A DNA stretch of 64,000 nt, taken from assembly GCA_048268245.1 (NCBI GenBank), contig JBLWVX010000002.1, forward strand, positions 1-64,000. The letters run 5' to 3'. The position numbers were made by a program, and so were the translations under genes. Below, one piece after another: positions 29,014 to 39,603 of this stretch. The notes under the pieces were generated by a model, which saw only the letters and a program-made list of their open reading frames with translations, did no database searches and was not told the DNA's origin. The stretch's first letter is position 1. Each line of letters opens with the position of its first letter. The DNA comes from Arcobacteraceae bacterium (GTDB lineage Bacteria > Campylobacterota > Campylobacteria > Campylobacterales > Arcobacteraceae).

Positions 29014-32000
29014 ATGAAAAAAATACTCAAATCTTTATTTAGTATGCAAGTAATGATAGTTTTACTATTTTTTATGGCTGTTTCTTGTGCATTAGCAACT
29101 TTTGTTGAAAATGATTTTGGACCTTTAGGAGCAAAATCTTTTGTATATGGACAAACATGGTTTGAACTAATAATGTTTATTTTAGTAGTTGGTGTTGTAT
29201 TTAATATTGTTTGGTTTAAAATGTATAAAAAAGATAAATTTTTTATCTTTTTTATACATATTTCATTTGTATTTATACTTTTAGGTGCTGCTTTAACAAG
29301 ATATATGGGATATGAAGCATATATGACTATTCCTGAAGGAAGTTTAGAAAATAAAATGTATTCAAATGATGAATATATACAAATAAAAAATAGTGATAAA
29401 CTTATATATGACAAAAAAGTTTTAATGACACCTTTATCTCAAAGCTCAGTTAATTTTAATACTTTTATAAATAAAAATGAGTTAACCATAAAATTTAATA
29501 GATATATAGAAAATGCTGTCGAAAAAATTGTTCCATCAAATGATGGCAAGCCACTTATTAATATTATAGTATCAGAACAAATGGGTACAAAAAGTATTGA
29601 TTTAGAAAACAATGATACTATAGAAACCAACTTTTTAGTATTTGCTTTAAATAAACAGATAAAAACCTCAAAACCTACAATCATATTTGAAACTGAAGAT
29701 AAAAATATTTTTATAAAAACAAATATTGAAGCAAAAGTTTACACAAAAGATTTTAAGAAAGTAAAGACTTTACAAGCTAATACAAATACACCTTTAATTT
29801 TAGAGCAAATATATAGAGTTGGACAAACTCAATTTATGGTAAATGAGGCAACTACTAAAGGTGTTTTAAAAACAGTGAGTGCTAACAAAAACATACCAAA
29901 AGAAATGCAACTAAATGCAGTAGTTTTAGATTTAGAATATAAAGGTAAAAAGCAACAGGTATCATTATTCGGGAAAGGTGGTTCAACAAAGGGACTTACA
30001 AAAAATGTACAACTTGATAAGGAAACTATATCTTTATCATGGGGTGCTAAAATTTTAGAGCTTCCATTTTCAATCCTATTAAATGACTTTAGATTAAAAA
30101 GATATCCCGGTTCAAATTCTCCTTCAACATATGAAAGTGATATAAAAATTTATGATAAGTATAGTAAAGATACTTTAGAATATACTATCTTCATGAACAA
30201 TGTCTTAGACTACAAAAGTTATAGATTTTTTCAATCTTCATATAAACAAGATGAATCAGCTACAATTCTTTCAGTAAATAAAGACCCAGGGAAACTGCCT
30301 ACATATATAGGTTATTTTTTACTTTTTACAGGATTGCTATTAAGTTTATTTATTAAAAAAAGTAGATTTAAGAAATTAGCTAGAAAAAAATATACACTTG
30401 AAGAGATAAAAAAAACTTACCATACAAAAAAAGCTCTTGGTTTAGTTTTCTTGGCACTAGTATTTTTTTATACTCCTATCACAACTTATGCAAATAACTT
30501 GATTTTAAATAAAAATCCTCATGTTTTAAATATAGATAAAAATCACTCAGAACTATTTGGAAGTTTATTAGTACAAGACTATCAAGGAAGAATAAAACCT
30601 ATAAACTCTTTAGCTATTGAAATTATCAACAAAATCAGTAGGAAAAACCAACTATATGGATTAGATGCAAATCAATTTTTCTTAAGTATGATGCTTTATC
30701 CTAAAATTTGGCAGGAAGTTAGTTTTATAAAAATAAAAGACTCTAAACTAAAAAAACTTATAGGAGTTAATAAAAAAAGTAAAACAATTAGCTTTAATGA
30801 TATTTATAACCAACAAGGAAATTATAAACTTCAAATAGCCCTAGAAGAAGCAAATGCAAAAAAACCAGCTCTTAGAAATAGTTTTGATAAAGACTTAATA
30901 AAAATAGATGAAAGACTTAATATCGCTTACACTTTATTTACAGGAGACTTTTTAAGAGTTTTTCCTAAAATTAATGACAAAAATGATAAATGGTTAAATA
31001 TAAATGAAGCTATAAAACTTCTTATAGCACAAGACTCTAAATATATTAAAAATCTAATGGAAGACTATTATTTTTCGTTAAGTGATGCAAGTCAAAATAA
31101 AACTTCTTGGAATAATGTAAATAAAGCACTATTAGCTTTAAAAGCTTATCAAGAAAAAAATGCACAACATATTATTCCAAATGAGTTTAAAATAAAAGCT
31201 GAGCTAATTTTTAATAAATATAACATATTTGAAAGATTGACTCCTTTTTATTTACTTTTAGGTTTTTTTCTACTTATTTTAATATTTGTTAATATTTTTA
31301 AATCAAATATTGAACTTAATAAAATCATCAAAGTAGTTCTTGTTTTATTAGTACTTGCATTTAGTATTCACACACTAGGACTTGCTCTTAGGTGGTATGT
31401 AAGTGGTCATGCACCATGGTCTAATAGTTATGAATCAATGATTTATATTGCATGGGCTATTATCTTATCAGGAATATTTTTCTCAAAACAATCTCATTTA
31501 GCATTAGCTACTACAACTATATTAAGTGGAGTAACTCTATTTGTAGCTCATTTATCTTGGATAGAGCCACAAATAACTACTCTTACTCCCGTTTTAAAAT
31601 CATATTGGCTAACTATTCATGTTAGTGTAATTACTGCAAGTTATGGTTTCTTAGGGCTAAGTGCATTATTAGGCTTTATTTGTTTATGTTTATTTATTCT
31701 TGCAAATCCTAAAAAAGAAGATGAAAAGTTTTTTAATATTCTGCTAAGTATAAAAGAAGCAAATAGAATAAATGAAATGTCTATATTAATTGGTCTGGTA
31801 TTACTTGTAATAGGAAACTTTTTAGGTGGTATATGGGCTAATGAATCATGGGGAAGATACTGGGGCTGGGATCCTAAAGAGACTTGGACTTTAGTTTCTA
31901 TAATTATTTATGCCATAATTATTCATCTTAGATATATAAAAGGTTTATTTAACGATTTTAGCTTAGCAGTACTCTCAACAATAAGTTATTCATCTATTAT

Positions 32001-32151
32001 AATGACTTATTTTGGTGTAAATTATTATTTAGCGGGAAAACATTCGTATGCAGCAGGAGATCCAATACCAATACCCATATTTATTCCTATAATACTAGTG
32101 GTAATAAGTATAGTAATTATGTTTGGATACAAAAATAGAAAGATTTTATAG
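29014..32151 (+). CDS. nrfI: CcsBA-type cytochrome c synthase (system II fusion), probably dedicated to NrfA
   Basis: ResB-like N-terminus; WANESWGRYWGWDPKETW (WWD), GHAPWS, GKHSYA; follows nrfA. Confidence 0.9.
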   Translation: MKKILKSLFSMQVMIVLLFFMAVSCALATFVENDFGPLGAKSFVYGQTWFELIMFILVVGVVFNIVWFKMYKKDKFFIFFIHISFVFILLGAALTRYMGYEAYMTIPEGSLENKMYSNDEYIQIKNSDKLIYDKKVLMTPLSQSSVNFNTFINKNELTIKFNRYIENAVEKIVPSNDGKPLINIIVSEQMGTKSIDLENNDTIETNFLVFALNKQIKTSKPTIIFETEDKNIFIKTNIEAKVYTKDFKKVKTLQANTNTPLILEQIYRVGQTQFMVNEATTKGVLKTVSANKNIPKEMQLNAVVLDLEYKGKKQQVSLFGKGGSTKGLTKNVQLDKETISLSWGAKILELPFSILLNDFRLKRYPGSNSPSTYESDIKIYDKYSKDTLEYTIFMNNVLDYKSYRFFQSSYKQDESATILSVNKDPGKLPTYIGYFLLFTGLLLSLFIKKSRFKKLARKKYTLEEIKKTYHTKKALGLVFLALVFFYTPITTYANNLILNKNPHVLNIDKNHSELFGSLLVQDYQGRIKPINSLAIEIINKISRKNQLYGLDANQFFLSMMLYPKIWQEVSFIKIKDSKLKKLIGVNKKSKTISFNDIYNQQGNYKLQIALEEANAKKPALRNSFDKDLIKIDERLNIAYTLFTGDFLRVFPKINDKNDKWLNINEAIKLLIAQDSKYIKNLMEDYYFSLSDASQNKTSWNNVNKALLALKAYQEKNAQHIIPNEFKIKAELIFNKYNIFERLTPFYLLLGFFLLILIFVNIFKSNIELNKIIKVVLVLLVLAFSIHTLGLALRWYVSGHAPWSNSYESMIYIAWAIILSGIFFSKQSHLALATTTILSGVTLFVAHLSWIEPQITTLTPVLKSYWLTIHVSVITASYGFLGLSALLGFICLCLFILANPKKEDEKFFNILLSIKEANRINEMSILIGLVLLVIGNFLGGIWANESWGRYWGWDPKETWTLVSIIIYAIIIHLRYIKGLFNDFSLAVLSTISYSSIIMTYFGVNYYLAGKHSYAAGDPIPIPIFIPIILVVISIVIMFGYKNRKIL

Positions 32152-32522
32152 ATAATAACTAAATTATATATCCATTTAATACATAAAAATTACAAATTAA
32201 TTACAAATTCTAAAAAATTTTTAATAAACATAGCATTAGAGTAGCATTTTTATTTTTTTTATGATATAATCCTATTCATAAAACAAGAAGTTTTATCTTA
32301 ATTATCTCTCCTTAGTTAAAAATTACGTAGCTGTAACAATTTTTTTCGAAGATGAAGCTTCTTTTTTATAGACACAATCGAAACAATCAGTTTAATTAAA
32401 TTTCCCAAGTTTTATCTTTTTATATATTAAAACCTCTTTTGATAAAACTTGGAATTTTATCCTCAAATAAAAATATCACTTAATAATTATATAATCTTTT
32501 TATAATAATAAAAAGAGATTAA

Positions 32523-34505
32523 ATGATTAAGAATTCACAGTTTAATGAACTAGTAGAAAAAGCTCATTATATCAAAGTTTTATATGCTGAAGATGAACAT
32601 CTTACAAGAGATACAATAGAAAACTTACTTAATATTATTTTCCAAGAAGTAATAGTTGCAAAAGACGGAGAAGATGCTTTAAAACTTTTTGAGAAGCATC
32701 AAGATATTGACTTACTTATTACAGACATAAATATGCCTAAAATTAATGGTATTCAACTAGTAAAAAAAATAAATCCTGATCTTGCTACTATAATTGTTTC
32801 AGCACATTCTGAAAGTAAATTTATGCTTGAAGCAATAAAACTTAATGTTGATAATTTTATATTAAAACCTTTTAAAGCACAACAACTTTTTGAAGTGGTA
32901 AAAAAAGCTATTGATAAAACATCTCTAAAAAGACAAAATGAAAGAAATCTACTTATACTTAAACAATATCAAGAAATAACAAATAAAAGCTCTATTATTT
33001 CGAAAACTGATGCATCAGGAGTTATAACATTTGTAAATGAAAACTTTTGTGAAATTTCTGGTTACTCAAAAGAAGAACTTATAGGTAAAAGTCATAATGT
33101 TGTAAGACATCCGGATAATTCAAAAGAACTTTTTAAAGAACTTTGGCACACAATCAAAATAAAAAAAGAGCCATGGAGTGGGATTATAAAAAATCTTGCA
33201 AAAGATGGAAAGAGTTATTTTGTAAAATCAACTATAAAGCCACTTTTAGATCAAAACAATGAAGTTATAGAATACATGGCATTAAGAAATGATGTAACAG
33301 AAATCATGAGTGAGAAAAAACAACTAATTGCTTCTTTAGAATCTTATGAAAACTCTTTTTTAGCACTATTACAAATTGAGAATTTTGATATTTTAGATAA
33401 GTTTTATGATACTGCAACTGTTTATAAAATAGAAGAAGTATTTGAGGATTTAATAATAAGCCTTTTCCCAAAAAATAGTGAGCTATACGAAAAAATCTTT
33501 AAACTAGGTGATGGGCTTTTTGCTATTAGTAATAGTATGAAAAATATTGAAAAACAAAATATAAATATAGAACTTGAACTATTAACACTTATAAAAAACA
33601 CTAAAAATTCAACTATTAAATTTGATAATATTGAATATGATGTATCAATTGCAGTGAGTTATTGTTATGGAAATAAAAATGTATATGAAAATGCAAAATA
33701 TGGAATAGAAAAGGCTTCAGAAGATAATAAAAGCTTAATATTTGCAAATAATTTAGTTGAAGAAGCTCATGAAAGAGCACAAAAAAATATAGAAACAATC
33801 CATATGGTAAAAAAAGCCCTGGATAACTATAATATAGTATCTTACTTTCAACCAATTATTGAAAATAAAACAAAAAAGATTGCTAAATATGAGTCTTTAG
33901 TAAGACTTATTGATGAGAATGGCAAAACAATATCTCCTTACTTTTTCTTAGATGTTTCAAAAAAAGGAACATACTATACAAAAATTACAAATCGAGTAAT
34001 TGAGAGTTCTTTTAAAGTTTTAGACCATATAGAAAATAGTGTAAGTATCAATCTATCTGTTTTAGATATGGAGAATGAGGATATTAAAAATAAACTAATC
34101 GAGCTTACTTCAAGATCTCAATATAAAGGTAGAGTGATTTTTGAGATTCTAGAAAATGAAAATATAAAAGATTTTGATAGAGTGAAAAAATTTATTGCAA
34201 AAGTAAAAAAACTAGGTGATGTAAAAATTGCCATTGATGACTTTGGAAGTGGTTACTCAAACTTTGAGCGACTTTTAGAGTATACACCTGATATTTTAAA
34301 AATTGATGGAAGCCTAATAAAAAATATCGAAACTGATTCATATTGTAGAAATGTAGTAGAAACTATCGTAACTTTTGCAAAAAAACAAAATATTGAAACT
34401 ATTGCAGAGTTTGTGGAAAATGAAAATATTTATAATATATTAAATGAAATGGGGATTACATACTCTCAAGGTTACTACTTTGGTAAACCTGAGAAATTGA
34501 TATAA
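32523..34505 (+). CDS. Receiver-PAS-(degenerate GGDEF)-EAL protein, probable c-di-GMP phosphodiesterase
   Basis: YAEDE..TDINMP..KPF receiver; NVVRHPD PAS; YFQPI, YESLVRL, DDFGSGYS, IAEFVE, QGYYFGKP. Confidence 0.9.
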   Translation: MIKNSQFNELVEKAHYIKVLYAEDEHLTRDTIENLLNIIFQEVIVAKDGEDALKLFEKHQDIDLLITDINMPKINGIQLVKKINPDLATIIVSAHSESKFMLEAIKLNVDNFILKPFKAQQLFEVVKKAIDKTSLKRQNERNLLILKQYQEITNKSSIISKTDASGVITFVNENFCEISGYSKEELIGKSHNVVRHPDNSKELFKELWHTIKIKKEPWSGIIKNLAKDGKSYFVKSTIKPLLDQNNEVIEYMALRNDVTEIMSEKKQLIASLESYENSFLALLQIENFDILDKFYDTATVYKIEEVFEDLIISLFPKNSELYEKIFKLGDGLFAISNSMKNIEKQNINIELELLTLIKNTKNSTIKFDNIEYDVSIAVSYCYGNKNVYENAKYGIEKASEDNKSLIFANNLVEEAHERAQKNIETIHMVKKALDNYNIVSYFQPIIENKTKKIAKYESLVRLIDENGKTISPYFFLDVSKKGTYYTKITNRVIESSFKVLDHIENSVSINLSVLDMENEDIKNKLIELTSRSQYKGRVIFEILENENIKDFDRVKKFIAKVKKLGDVKIAIDDFGSGYSNFERLLEYTPDILKIDGSLIKNIETDSYCRNVVETIVTFAKKQNIETIAEFVENENIYNILNEMGITYSQGYYFGKPEKLI

Positions 34506-34527
34506 GAAGTAGACTTTCGTCTAATTC

Positions 34528-35766
34528 TTATAAATACTTTTTAAGAACCTCAGGAATAGCTACTGTTCCATCTTCTCTTTGATAGTTTTCCATAATAGCT
34601 AATAGTGTTCTTCCTACTGCTAATGATGAACCATTTAATGTATGAGCTAATACATTTTTCTTTCCATCTTTATATCTGATTTTTGCTCTTCTTGCTTGGA
34701 ATTCTCTTGTATTAGAAATTGAAGAAATTTCTCTATATTTGTTTTGACCTGGTAACCAAACTTCTAAATCGATTGTTGTTGCTGCACTAAATCCTAGGTC
34801 ACCAGTACAAAGCTGTACTTTTTGGTGTGCAAGACCAAGAGATGTTAATAAATCTGATGCACAATCTACCATTTTTTCGAATACTTCTTGAGATTCTTCT
34901 TGTTTTGTGATAGCAACCATTTCAACCTTATCAAACTGGTGTTGTCTAATAAGTCCTCTTGTATCTCTACCTGCACTTCCTGCTTCTTTTCTAAAACAAG
35001 GAGTATATGATGTAAGCATAAGTGGTAACTCTTCAGCTGGAACTATTTCATCATTATAAAGGTTTGTAAGAGATACTTCTGCTGTAGGAATTAAGTATAA
35101 ATCTTCACCTTCAATTTTAAATAAATCATCTTCAAACTTTGGTAACTGACCAGTTCCTTGAAGTGTATTTGTATTTGCCATAAATGGAACATACCACTCT
35201 TCAAAACCTCTTTGTCTATTAAAATCCAGCATATAGTTAATTAAAGCTCTCTCTAATCTTGCGCCCTCACCTCTAATAGCTGAAAATCTTGATTTTGCAA
35301 GTTTTACACCTCTTTCAAAATCTAACCAACCGTTATCTAAGTCCCAGTGCTCTTTTGGCTCAAAATCAAAAGATGGCTTTTCACCAATTGTTTCTAAAAC
35401 AACATTATCATCTTCACTTTCACCATTTGGAACATTTTCATCTGGAAGATTTGGAACACCTAAAGCAATTGAAGTTAACTTTTCTTCTAAATCTCTAACT
35501 TCATCTTCCATTGTTTGTTTTTTTGCTTTTAGCTCATTGATACTTGCTTGAAGTGGTGCAATATCAAGACCTTCTTTTTTATATCTTCCAAACTCACGTG
35601 AGAGTTTATTTTGTTCAGCTGTTACATTTTCCATATCTTGTCTCTTAAGCTTTGCTTCTTCTGAAATAGCTTTTAAATTATCAAGAATGTCTGCATCAAC
35701 ACCTTTTCTTGTAAGTGCGGCAGCTACGTTTTCAAAATCTCTTTGTAGTAATCTTACATCAATCAT
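34528..35766 (-). CDS. serS: Serine--tRNA ligase
   Basis: [32 protein letters not shown]. Confidence 0.98.
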   Translation of the reverse strand: MIDVRLLQRDFENVAAALTRKGVDADILDNLKAISEEAKLKRQDMENVTAEQNKLSREFGRYKKEGLDIAPLQASINELKAKKQTMEDEVRDLEEKLTSIALGVPNLPDENVPNGESEDDNVVLETIGEKPSFDFEPKEHWDLDNGWLDFERGVKLAKSRFSAIRGEGARLERALINYMLDFNRQRGFEEWYVPFMANTNTLQGTGQLPKFEDDLFKIEGEDLYLIPTAEVSLTNLYNDEIVPAEELPLMLTSYTPCFRKEAGSAGRDTRGLIRQHQFDKVEMVAITKQEESQEVFEKMVDCASDLLTSLGLAHQKVQLCTGDLGFSAATTIDLEVWLPGQNKYREISSISNTREFQARRAKIRYKDGKKNVLAHTLNGSSLAVGRTLLAIMENYQREDGTVAIPEVLKKYL

Positions 35767-35886
35767 TTTAATCTTTCATTGTAAATTTTTGGCAATTATA
35801 TCTAATTTTTTCTATATGAAGGCTTTTAAAAAAGAAACTATTTCTTGTCATGAAGAATTAGCACTAAGAAACTTTTTATATCAATT

Positions 35887-35930
35887 TGATTATGATTCTC
35901 AAAATGTATTATAAATGATATTGAAAATCA
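35887..35930. promoter_or_regulatory. Tandem Fur-box-like sites upstream of TonB operon
   Basis: TGATTAT-G-ATTCTCA (35887-35901) and TGATATT-G-AAAATCA (35916-35930) resemble the 7-1-7 TGATAAT-N-ATTATCA consensus. Confidence 0.7.
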
Positions 35931-35999
35931 ATTCTGTGATTTTATTGTGATTTTTAAATGGCATAATCACAAATATTGATTGTACACAAAAGGGTTATA

Positions 36000-36746
36000 A
36001 TGAAAAGAATATACAAAGCTATTCTATTTTTATCAAGTTTAAGTATGCTACTACATGCAAATACTATTGATAAATCTATTAGTATATTAGAAAATACAAA
36101 TAGCAAACTAAAGTCTTATCAAAAAAGTATTGATAAAAATGAGAGTATAAAAGAAGAGTTATTAAATGAGTACAAATACACAACAAGTGCCATAAAAAGT
36201 ACAACTATTTATAATAATCAACTATCTAAGATTATAAACTCACAAGAAGAAGAAATAAAGAGTTTAAATCAACAAATTATTGATATTGAACAAACACAAA
36301 AAAATATTTTCCCATTAATGATTGATATGATTAAATCACTTAAAATTTTAGTACAAGAAGACACACCTTTCTTGCTAGAAGAGCGAACAAACAGAGTTAA
36401 AAGACTTGAAAGTATTTTAGATAAAGCAGATATTAAAACACATGAAAAATATAGACTTATACTAGAAGCTTTTAAAGTAGAGTATGACTATGCAAAAACA
36501 ATTGAAAGTTATCAAGAAAAACTAAATGACAAAACATATAACTTTTTAAGACTTGGTAGAGTTGCTTTATACTATCAAAGTTTAGATTTAAAAGAGTATG
36601 GATATTACAATAAACAAACAAAATCATGGGAAAAAATAGAAAACTCAAAATCTAAATCAAATATCAGAAAAGCAATAAAAATAGCTAAGAAACAACAAAA
36701 TGTTGACTTCTTAAACTTACCATTTTTAGCTTTAAAGGATAAATAA
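36000..36746 (+). CDS. DUF3450 / TtpB-like periplasmic coiled-coil protein
   Basis: Signal peptide; DTPFLLEER, EKYRLILEA, FLRLGRVALYYQSLD. Confidence 0.85.
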   Translation: MKRIYKAILFLSSLSMLLHANTIDKSISILENTNSKLKSYQKSIDKNESIKEELLNEYKYTTSAIKSTTIYNNQLSKIINSQEEEIKSLNQQIIDIEQTQKNIFPLMIDMIKSLKILVQEDTPFLLEERTNRVKRLESILDKADIKTHEKYRLILEAFKVEYDYAKTIESYQEKLNDKTYNFLRLGRVALYYQSLDLKEYGYYNKQTKSWEKIENSKSKSNIRKAIKIAKKQQNVDFLNLPFLALKDK

Positions 36747-38059
36747 TGATGAAATATATATTAACTTTAGCTTTATTTTTTAACTTTGCTTTTTCTCTTG
36801 ATTTAGATAATATCTTACAAAATATCAAAAATGATTCATCACAAGAAATTAAGGAAGAACAAAAAAGATTACAAGAGTTTATAAAAGATAAAAACAGACA
36901 AGCTGTTTTAGTAAAAGAAAAAAAAGCTTTATTAAATACAATTGAGAAAAAGAGCCAAGAACTAAAAACAAAAATTGACGAGAATGAACTTCTTTTAGAA
37001 GAAAAAGAGACTGAACTTAAAAATAAATCTGCAAACTTAGGTGAGATGTTTGGTAGTGTAAGACAAATATCTGCTGACTTTTTAACAAACTATCAAAACT
37101 CACTTACAGCTTCACAAAATCCTTTAAGACAAGAAAAGTTTTCAAAACTTGCAAACTCTAAAAAGCTTCCTAATTTAGATGAACTTAAAGGCTTTTGGCA
37201 CAATATGTTAGATGAGATTGTTCAATCAGGAAACATCTCAAAGTATGAAGCCTCTGTTATTTTAAATAGTGGAGAAAAAACTACAAAAGAGGTTACAAGA
37301 ATTGGTCTTTTTGCAGCAGTTTCACAAGGAAAATACTTAACATATTCAAATGATATGAAAGCTTTGATTGAATTAGCAGTTCAACCAAGTAAGCAAGTTT
37401 CAAAAGAAGCAAAAGAGTTTGAAAACAGTCATACAATCTCAAATATTACAATTGATCCTACAAGAGGAACACTTTTTGAGATGCTTGAAAACAATCCTAC
37501 TATCATCGATAGAGTAAATCAAGGAGGTATTGTAGGATATATAATTCTTGCTCTTGGAGGTCTTGGTTTACTTTTTGCTTTATATAAAATCATTGTTTTA
37601 AATATCGTTTCAATCAAAATCAAATCACAAATAAAAAACTTAGACAAGCCTAAAGATAATAACTCTTTAGGAAAAATTGCAGATATTTTCTATAAAAATC
37701 TAAATGACTCTATAAATGATTTAGAGATTAAAATCGGTGAAGCGATTTTAAAAGAAACAAATAAAATCAAAAAAGGTCAAAGCTTTGTAAAACTTCTAGC
37801 AGCTGTTACTCCTCTTTTAGGACTATTAGGAACAGTTACAGGAATGATTGCAACTTTCCAAGCTATTACTTTATTTGGAACAGGTGACCCAAAACTAATG
37901 GCAGGAGGTATTTCAACTGCACTTATTACGACTGTTTTAGGTTTAATCACAGCAATACCACTTCTTTTTGCATATACATATATATCTTCAAAAGCTGAAG
38001 AGTTAGTATCTATACTAGAAGAGCAAAGTATTGGACTACTTGCAAAAATGTTGAAGTAA
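36746..38059 (+). CDS. Long MotA/TolQ/ExbB family protein (TtpC-like)
   Basis: Large periplasmic N-terminus; PLLGLLGTVTGMI, MAGGISTALITT. Confidence 0.9.
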   Translation: MMKYILTLALFFNFAFSLDLDNILQNIKNDSSQEIKEEQKRLQEFIKDKNRQAVLVKEKKALLNTIEKKSQELKTKIDENELLLEEKETELKNKSANLGEMFGSVRQISADFLTNYQNSLTASQNPLRQEKFSKLANSKKLPNLDELKGFWHNMLDEIVQSGNISKYEASVILNSGEKTTKEVTRIGLFAAVSQGKYLTYSNDMKALIELAVQPSKQVSKEAKEFENSHTISNITIDPTRGTLFEMLENNPTIIDRVNQGGIVGYIILALGGLGLLFALYKIIVLNIVSIKIKSQIKNLDKPKDNNSLGKIADIFYKNLNDSINDLEIKIGEAILKETNKIKKGQSFVKLLAAVTPLLGLLGTVTGMIATFQAITLFGTGDPKLMAGGISTALITTVLGLITAIPLLFAYTYISSKAEELVSILEEQSIGLLAKMLK

Positions 38060-38060
38060 T

Positions 38061-38579
38061 ATGATTGAAATATATTTAGATGATTTACTAGTTTTCTTTA
38101 ATAAAGGAGGCTTTGTATTATATATTGTATTTACCATTGCTTTGTTTTTATGGACACTTTTAATTGAAAGATATATCTATATAACTTTTGAATACAAAAA
38201 ATATAGAAAAAAAGTATTTGAAGAATTAAAAAATCTAAATGAAAAAAATAGATTTAAAGATGAGATTAAAAGATATATTGTTGAAGAAGCTAACTTTAAA
38301 CTAAAAAATGGTCTTGATTTTATAAAAACATTGATTATTGTATGTCCTTTAGTTGGTTTATTAGGAACTGTAACGGGAATGATCGAAGTATTTGATGTAA
38401 TGGCAATATTGGGTACTAGTAATGTTAAATCAATGGCAAATGGTGTTTCAATGGCAACTATCCCAACAATGGCTGGAATGGTTGTAGCCTTAAGTGGAAT
38501 ACTTTTTGAAAAAAGATTAGAACTATCTATAAAGTGTCAAACACAAAAATTAGAACTTGAACTTTCAAAGGTTATATAA
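38061..38579 (+). CDS. exbB: MotA/TolQ/ExbB proton channel
   Basis: PLVGLLGTVTGMI, GVSMATIPT. Confidence 0.9.
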   Translation: MIEIYLDDLLVFFNKGGFVLYIVFTIALFLWTLLIERYIYITFEYKKYRKKVFEELKNLNEKNRFKDEIKRYIVEEANFKLKNGLDFIKTLIIVCPLVGLLGTVTGMIEVFDVMAILGTSNVKSMANGVSMATIPTMAGMVVALSGILFEKRLELSIKCQTQKLELELSKVI

Positions 38580-38987
38580 ATGAGAAGATTTTCACAGAAA
38601 CATCATAAAGAAGAAACGGAAATCAACCTAACACCTATGCTAGATGTTGTTTTTATTATGCTTATATTTTTTATTGTTACAACATCCTTTGTAAAAGAAG
38701 CAGGTATTGAAGTAAATAGACCAAGTGCAGCATCAACAAAACAAAAAGGAGCTGCAAATATTCTAATAGCAATTAAAAATAACAATGAAATCTGGATTGA
38801 TAAAAGAATGGTTGACATTAGATCAGTTAGAGCAAATATAGAAAGACTAAAAGCTTTAAATACTCAAAACTCTATTGTTATTCAATCAGATAGTGAGTCA
38901 AAAACAGGAATTTTAGTTCAAGTTATGGATCAAATTAGACTTGCTGGTATTTTTAATATCTCAATATCAACACTAAAAGAGAACTAA
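38580..38987 (+). CDS. exbD: Biopolymer transport protein ExbD
   Basis: INLTPMLDVVFIMLIFFIV. Confidence 0.95.
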   Translation: MRRFSQKHHKEETEINLTPMLDVVFIMLIFFIVTTSFVKEAGIEVNRPSAASTKQKGAANILIAIKNNNEIWIDKRMVDIRSVRANIERLKALNTQNSIVIQSDSESKTGILVQVMDQIRLAGIFNISISTLKEN

Positions 38988-38988
38988 A

Positions 38989-39603
38989 ATGAGACTATTT
39001 ATAGCTCTTATTTTATCAGTTGTTATAAGTTTAGGTATATTTTTTGGTATGCACTTGATGACTGATAGTAAAAACTCTCATATTCAAGAGAAATCGGAAG
39101 CTAGGCATATAGTTTATTTAAGAGAAAAAAATGAAACAAAAGTTGAAAGAAAAAAAAGAGTAAAGCCTGAAAAACCGCCAAAGAAAAAACCACCAAAAAA
39201 AATAAAAGTTGAAACGAGAATAAACACACAGATTGATAAAAACGTAAAGATTAAACCCTTTAAAGTTCAATCAAAACAAGTAGATGTTTCTACAATTTCT
39301 TCTTTAAGTGGTGCAAAAATTGAAATGGGTGTAGGATTAGTAGATGCAAATAGCCTAACAGCTATTTCAAAAGTAAATCCAAGGTTTCCTAGACGTGCAA
39401 AAATAAGAAAACAAAGTGGATATGTAAAACTAGGTTTCTTAATAGACAAAGAAGGTAATGTAAGTGATGTAAAAGTACTTGAATCAAATCCTGCAGGTGT
39501 ATTTGAAAAAAACTCAATTCATGCCATAAAAAGATGGAAGTTTAAAAGAAATGAGTTTGATAGGAATGCAACAATAACATTTAACTTTAGGTTACAAAGA
39601 TGA
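38989..39603 (+). CDS. tonB: Energy transducer TonB
   Basis: N-terminal TM; Pro/Lys-rich linker; NPRFPRRA..GYVKLGF..GNVSDVKVLES..RWKF C-terminal domain. Confidence 0.92.
   Translation: MRLFIALILSVVISLGIFFGMHLMTDSKNSHIQEKSEARHIVYLREKNETKVERKKRVKPEKPPKKKPPKKIKVETRINTQIDKNVKIKPFKVQSKQVDVSTISSLSGAKIEMGVGLVDANSLTAISKVNPRFPRRAKIRKQSGYVKLGFLIDKEGNVSDVKVLESNPAGVFEKNSIHAIKRWKFKRNEFDRNATITFNFRLQR

Noticed and set aside
35687..35914. 75-aa ORF overlapping the serS start
   Set aside because: Antisense to serS and runs through promoter and Fur-box DNA
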